A DNA stretch of 9,793 bases, taken from assembly GCA_043228905.1 (NCBI GenBank), contig JBHGNT010001327.1:1-9793 (forward strand), written 5' to 3'. Within the stretch, counting starts at the first letter, position 1. Each line of letters starts with the position of its first letter. The position numbers were made by a program, and so were the translations under genes. Source of the DNA: Azolla caroliniana (Eukaryota; Plantae; Polypodiophyta). Below, piece after piece: positions 8,657-9,793 of the stretch. The notes below the pieces were generated by a model. It saw nothing but the letters and a program-made list of their open reading frames with translations. It was not told where the DNA came from and did not search any database.

Positions 8657-9184
8657 GTTGAGGGTAGACAACGTGGTCAACCAACATCATTTGAAGATGC
8701 CAACAACAGCAAGCGACAACAACAAGTGTAATAGTTGTCACTACTAAGCATGATGAGTATGGAATGGTGGCGGTTGACTTTGGTTTGAGCAATTCCCTCA
8801 ATTATGAGGAAAGCGTGAATCACGAGCATTCCTTGAACTAGAGGAAAGTTCAAACTAGAGCTTTCCTAGAACCAAAGCAAAACTCAAATCAGAGCTTTCC
8901 ATGAAGTTCAAGAAATGGTCCAAGGAGAGAGAGTGTTTATTGCTCAAAGGATGGGTGGGGGGGGGGGGGGGGTGTTCCTTTGCGGAAAGTCTCCTTTCCA
9001 CGTGTAAAAGTCTCCTCGAAGAGAACCGTGGAGCTTTGAAAGCTTGAAGGTGACCTTCATTTGAAGAAATTTATTTTGAAGCATTTTTCGAAATTAGTTT
9101 CTAAACCCTTAAATTTGTTTTAGTTCGTAACGTTTTGCTTAGATCTTGGAATCGCGTTTTGGAAAATCCGTCACTACCCTCACA
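8657..9184 (-). mobile_element. Possible second LTR (~525 bp) nested just upstream of the first element's PPT
   Basis: Perfect 9-bp terminal inverted repeat TGAGGGTAG (8659-8667) / CTACCCTCA (9174-9182) giving TG...CA ends. A short purine run (aagggaa) precedes it on the minus strand. Internal short direct repeats (agagctttcc x2, aaagtctcct x2). No TSD seen. Confidence 0.4.
8953..8972 (+). repeat. G16 homopolymer (gggt + G16)
   Basis: Direct reading: G run at 8957-8972. Confidence 0.9.
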
Positions 9185-9289
9185 ACAATTCCCTTGCATG
9201 ATGACACAAATCCTTTGCTATGAAATTCTGAGATCCTCATTTCATTGAATTCAAGGCAATTCTAACATAACTTAATAGGAAGTCCACAT

Positions 9290-9793
9290 TAATTTTTCAT
9301 TAGGATAGTAGCTTCAGTAAGTTTATTGTAGATACAGGACTTTGGTGGTAGACAATGATATGGTGATGTGGTCATGGAAGCATTTCTATTTGGTAAGGAT
9401 GAGTGATGATGTTGTAGATTTTTATGAGGGGATGAGGACAACACATTCACTCTAATTTTGTTTGTACAAGATTTTTGCGGTGAATGAACAGATGGTTGAT
9501 GTGGAAAATGAAGCACATTTAATTTTTGTAAAGGATGAGTGACGATGGTATAGGGGGATGAAGCATAATTTCATGAGGGGATTAGGAGAGTAATCTCATT
9601 CTATTTTTGTAGGTACATGTCCTTGGTGGTATACATCGAGATGGTTGATGTGGTCATTGAAGCAAATTTGCATATTTCATTTTTTTAAGGATGAGTGAAC
9701 CATGGACTTGGGCAGTAAACAAACAAACGATTGATGTGGAAAACGAAGAATATTGTCTATTTTGGTAAAGGATGGGTGACGATGGTGTCGGCT
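9290..9793. repeat. Degenerate tandem array, ~135-150 bp units in an alternating A/B (~280 bp) pattern, running off the window
   Basis: tgatgtgg at 9364, 9497, 9646, 9732; aaggatg(a/g)gtga at 9395, 9531, 9687, 9768. 9327-9382 aligns closely with 9608-9663. Confidence 0.85.

Noticed and set aside
7957-9516. Minus-strand ORFs 7957-8190, 8514-8801 and 9289-9516 as genes
   Set aside because: They are short, have no domain motifs, and either cross LTR/PPT boundaries or lie within the tandem array.
9290-9793. Repeat-spacer pattern as a CRISPR-like array
   Set aside because: The repeats are degenerate, the intervening sequences are homologous to each other and of irregular length, there are no cas genes, and the context is eukaryotic.
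1-9793. A novel multi-gene biological system
   Set aside because: There is no intact ORF over ~106 codons, no supportable exon structure and no RNA gene. Nearly all sequence is accounted for by decayed retroelements.

Overview
AT-rich, CpG-poor eukaryotic intergenic or heterochromatic DNA. A land plant is inferred, and the motif style suggests a bryophyte, but this is not proven. I find no intact protein-coding gene, RNA gene or CRISPR array, and none of the 12 supplied ORFs is a credible host gene. Manual translation across stops and frameshifts shows the window is almost entirely nested, decayed retrotransposons. (1) Two head-to-tail Ty1/copia RT-RNase H relics (+, 1-1483); the second ends in a PPT and a probable 3' LTR. 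(2) An old L1/Tx1-type LINE RT relic (-, ~2000-3490). (3) A second old LINE ORF2 relic (+, ~4030-7900, RT through zf-RVT). It is interrupted by (4) a younger 5'-truncated LINE (-, 5583-6331) with an A-tail and an exact 16-bp target-site duplication, and by (5) a small palindromic MITE-like insert. (6) A gypsy-like 3' LTR plus PPT (-, 7972-8639), a probable second nested LTR with a G16 run, and a degenerate higher-order tandem array at the right edge. I see no evidence for a new biological system. The most interesting signals are mechanistic: a reconstructable LINE-in-LINE insertion whose target site resembles the inserted LINE's own 3' UTR, and locally templated filler insertions that break conserved motifs. 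All protein motif matches were made by eye and need HMM or BLAST confirmation.
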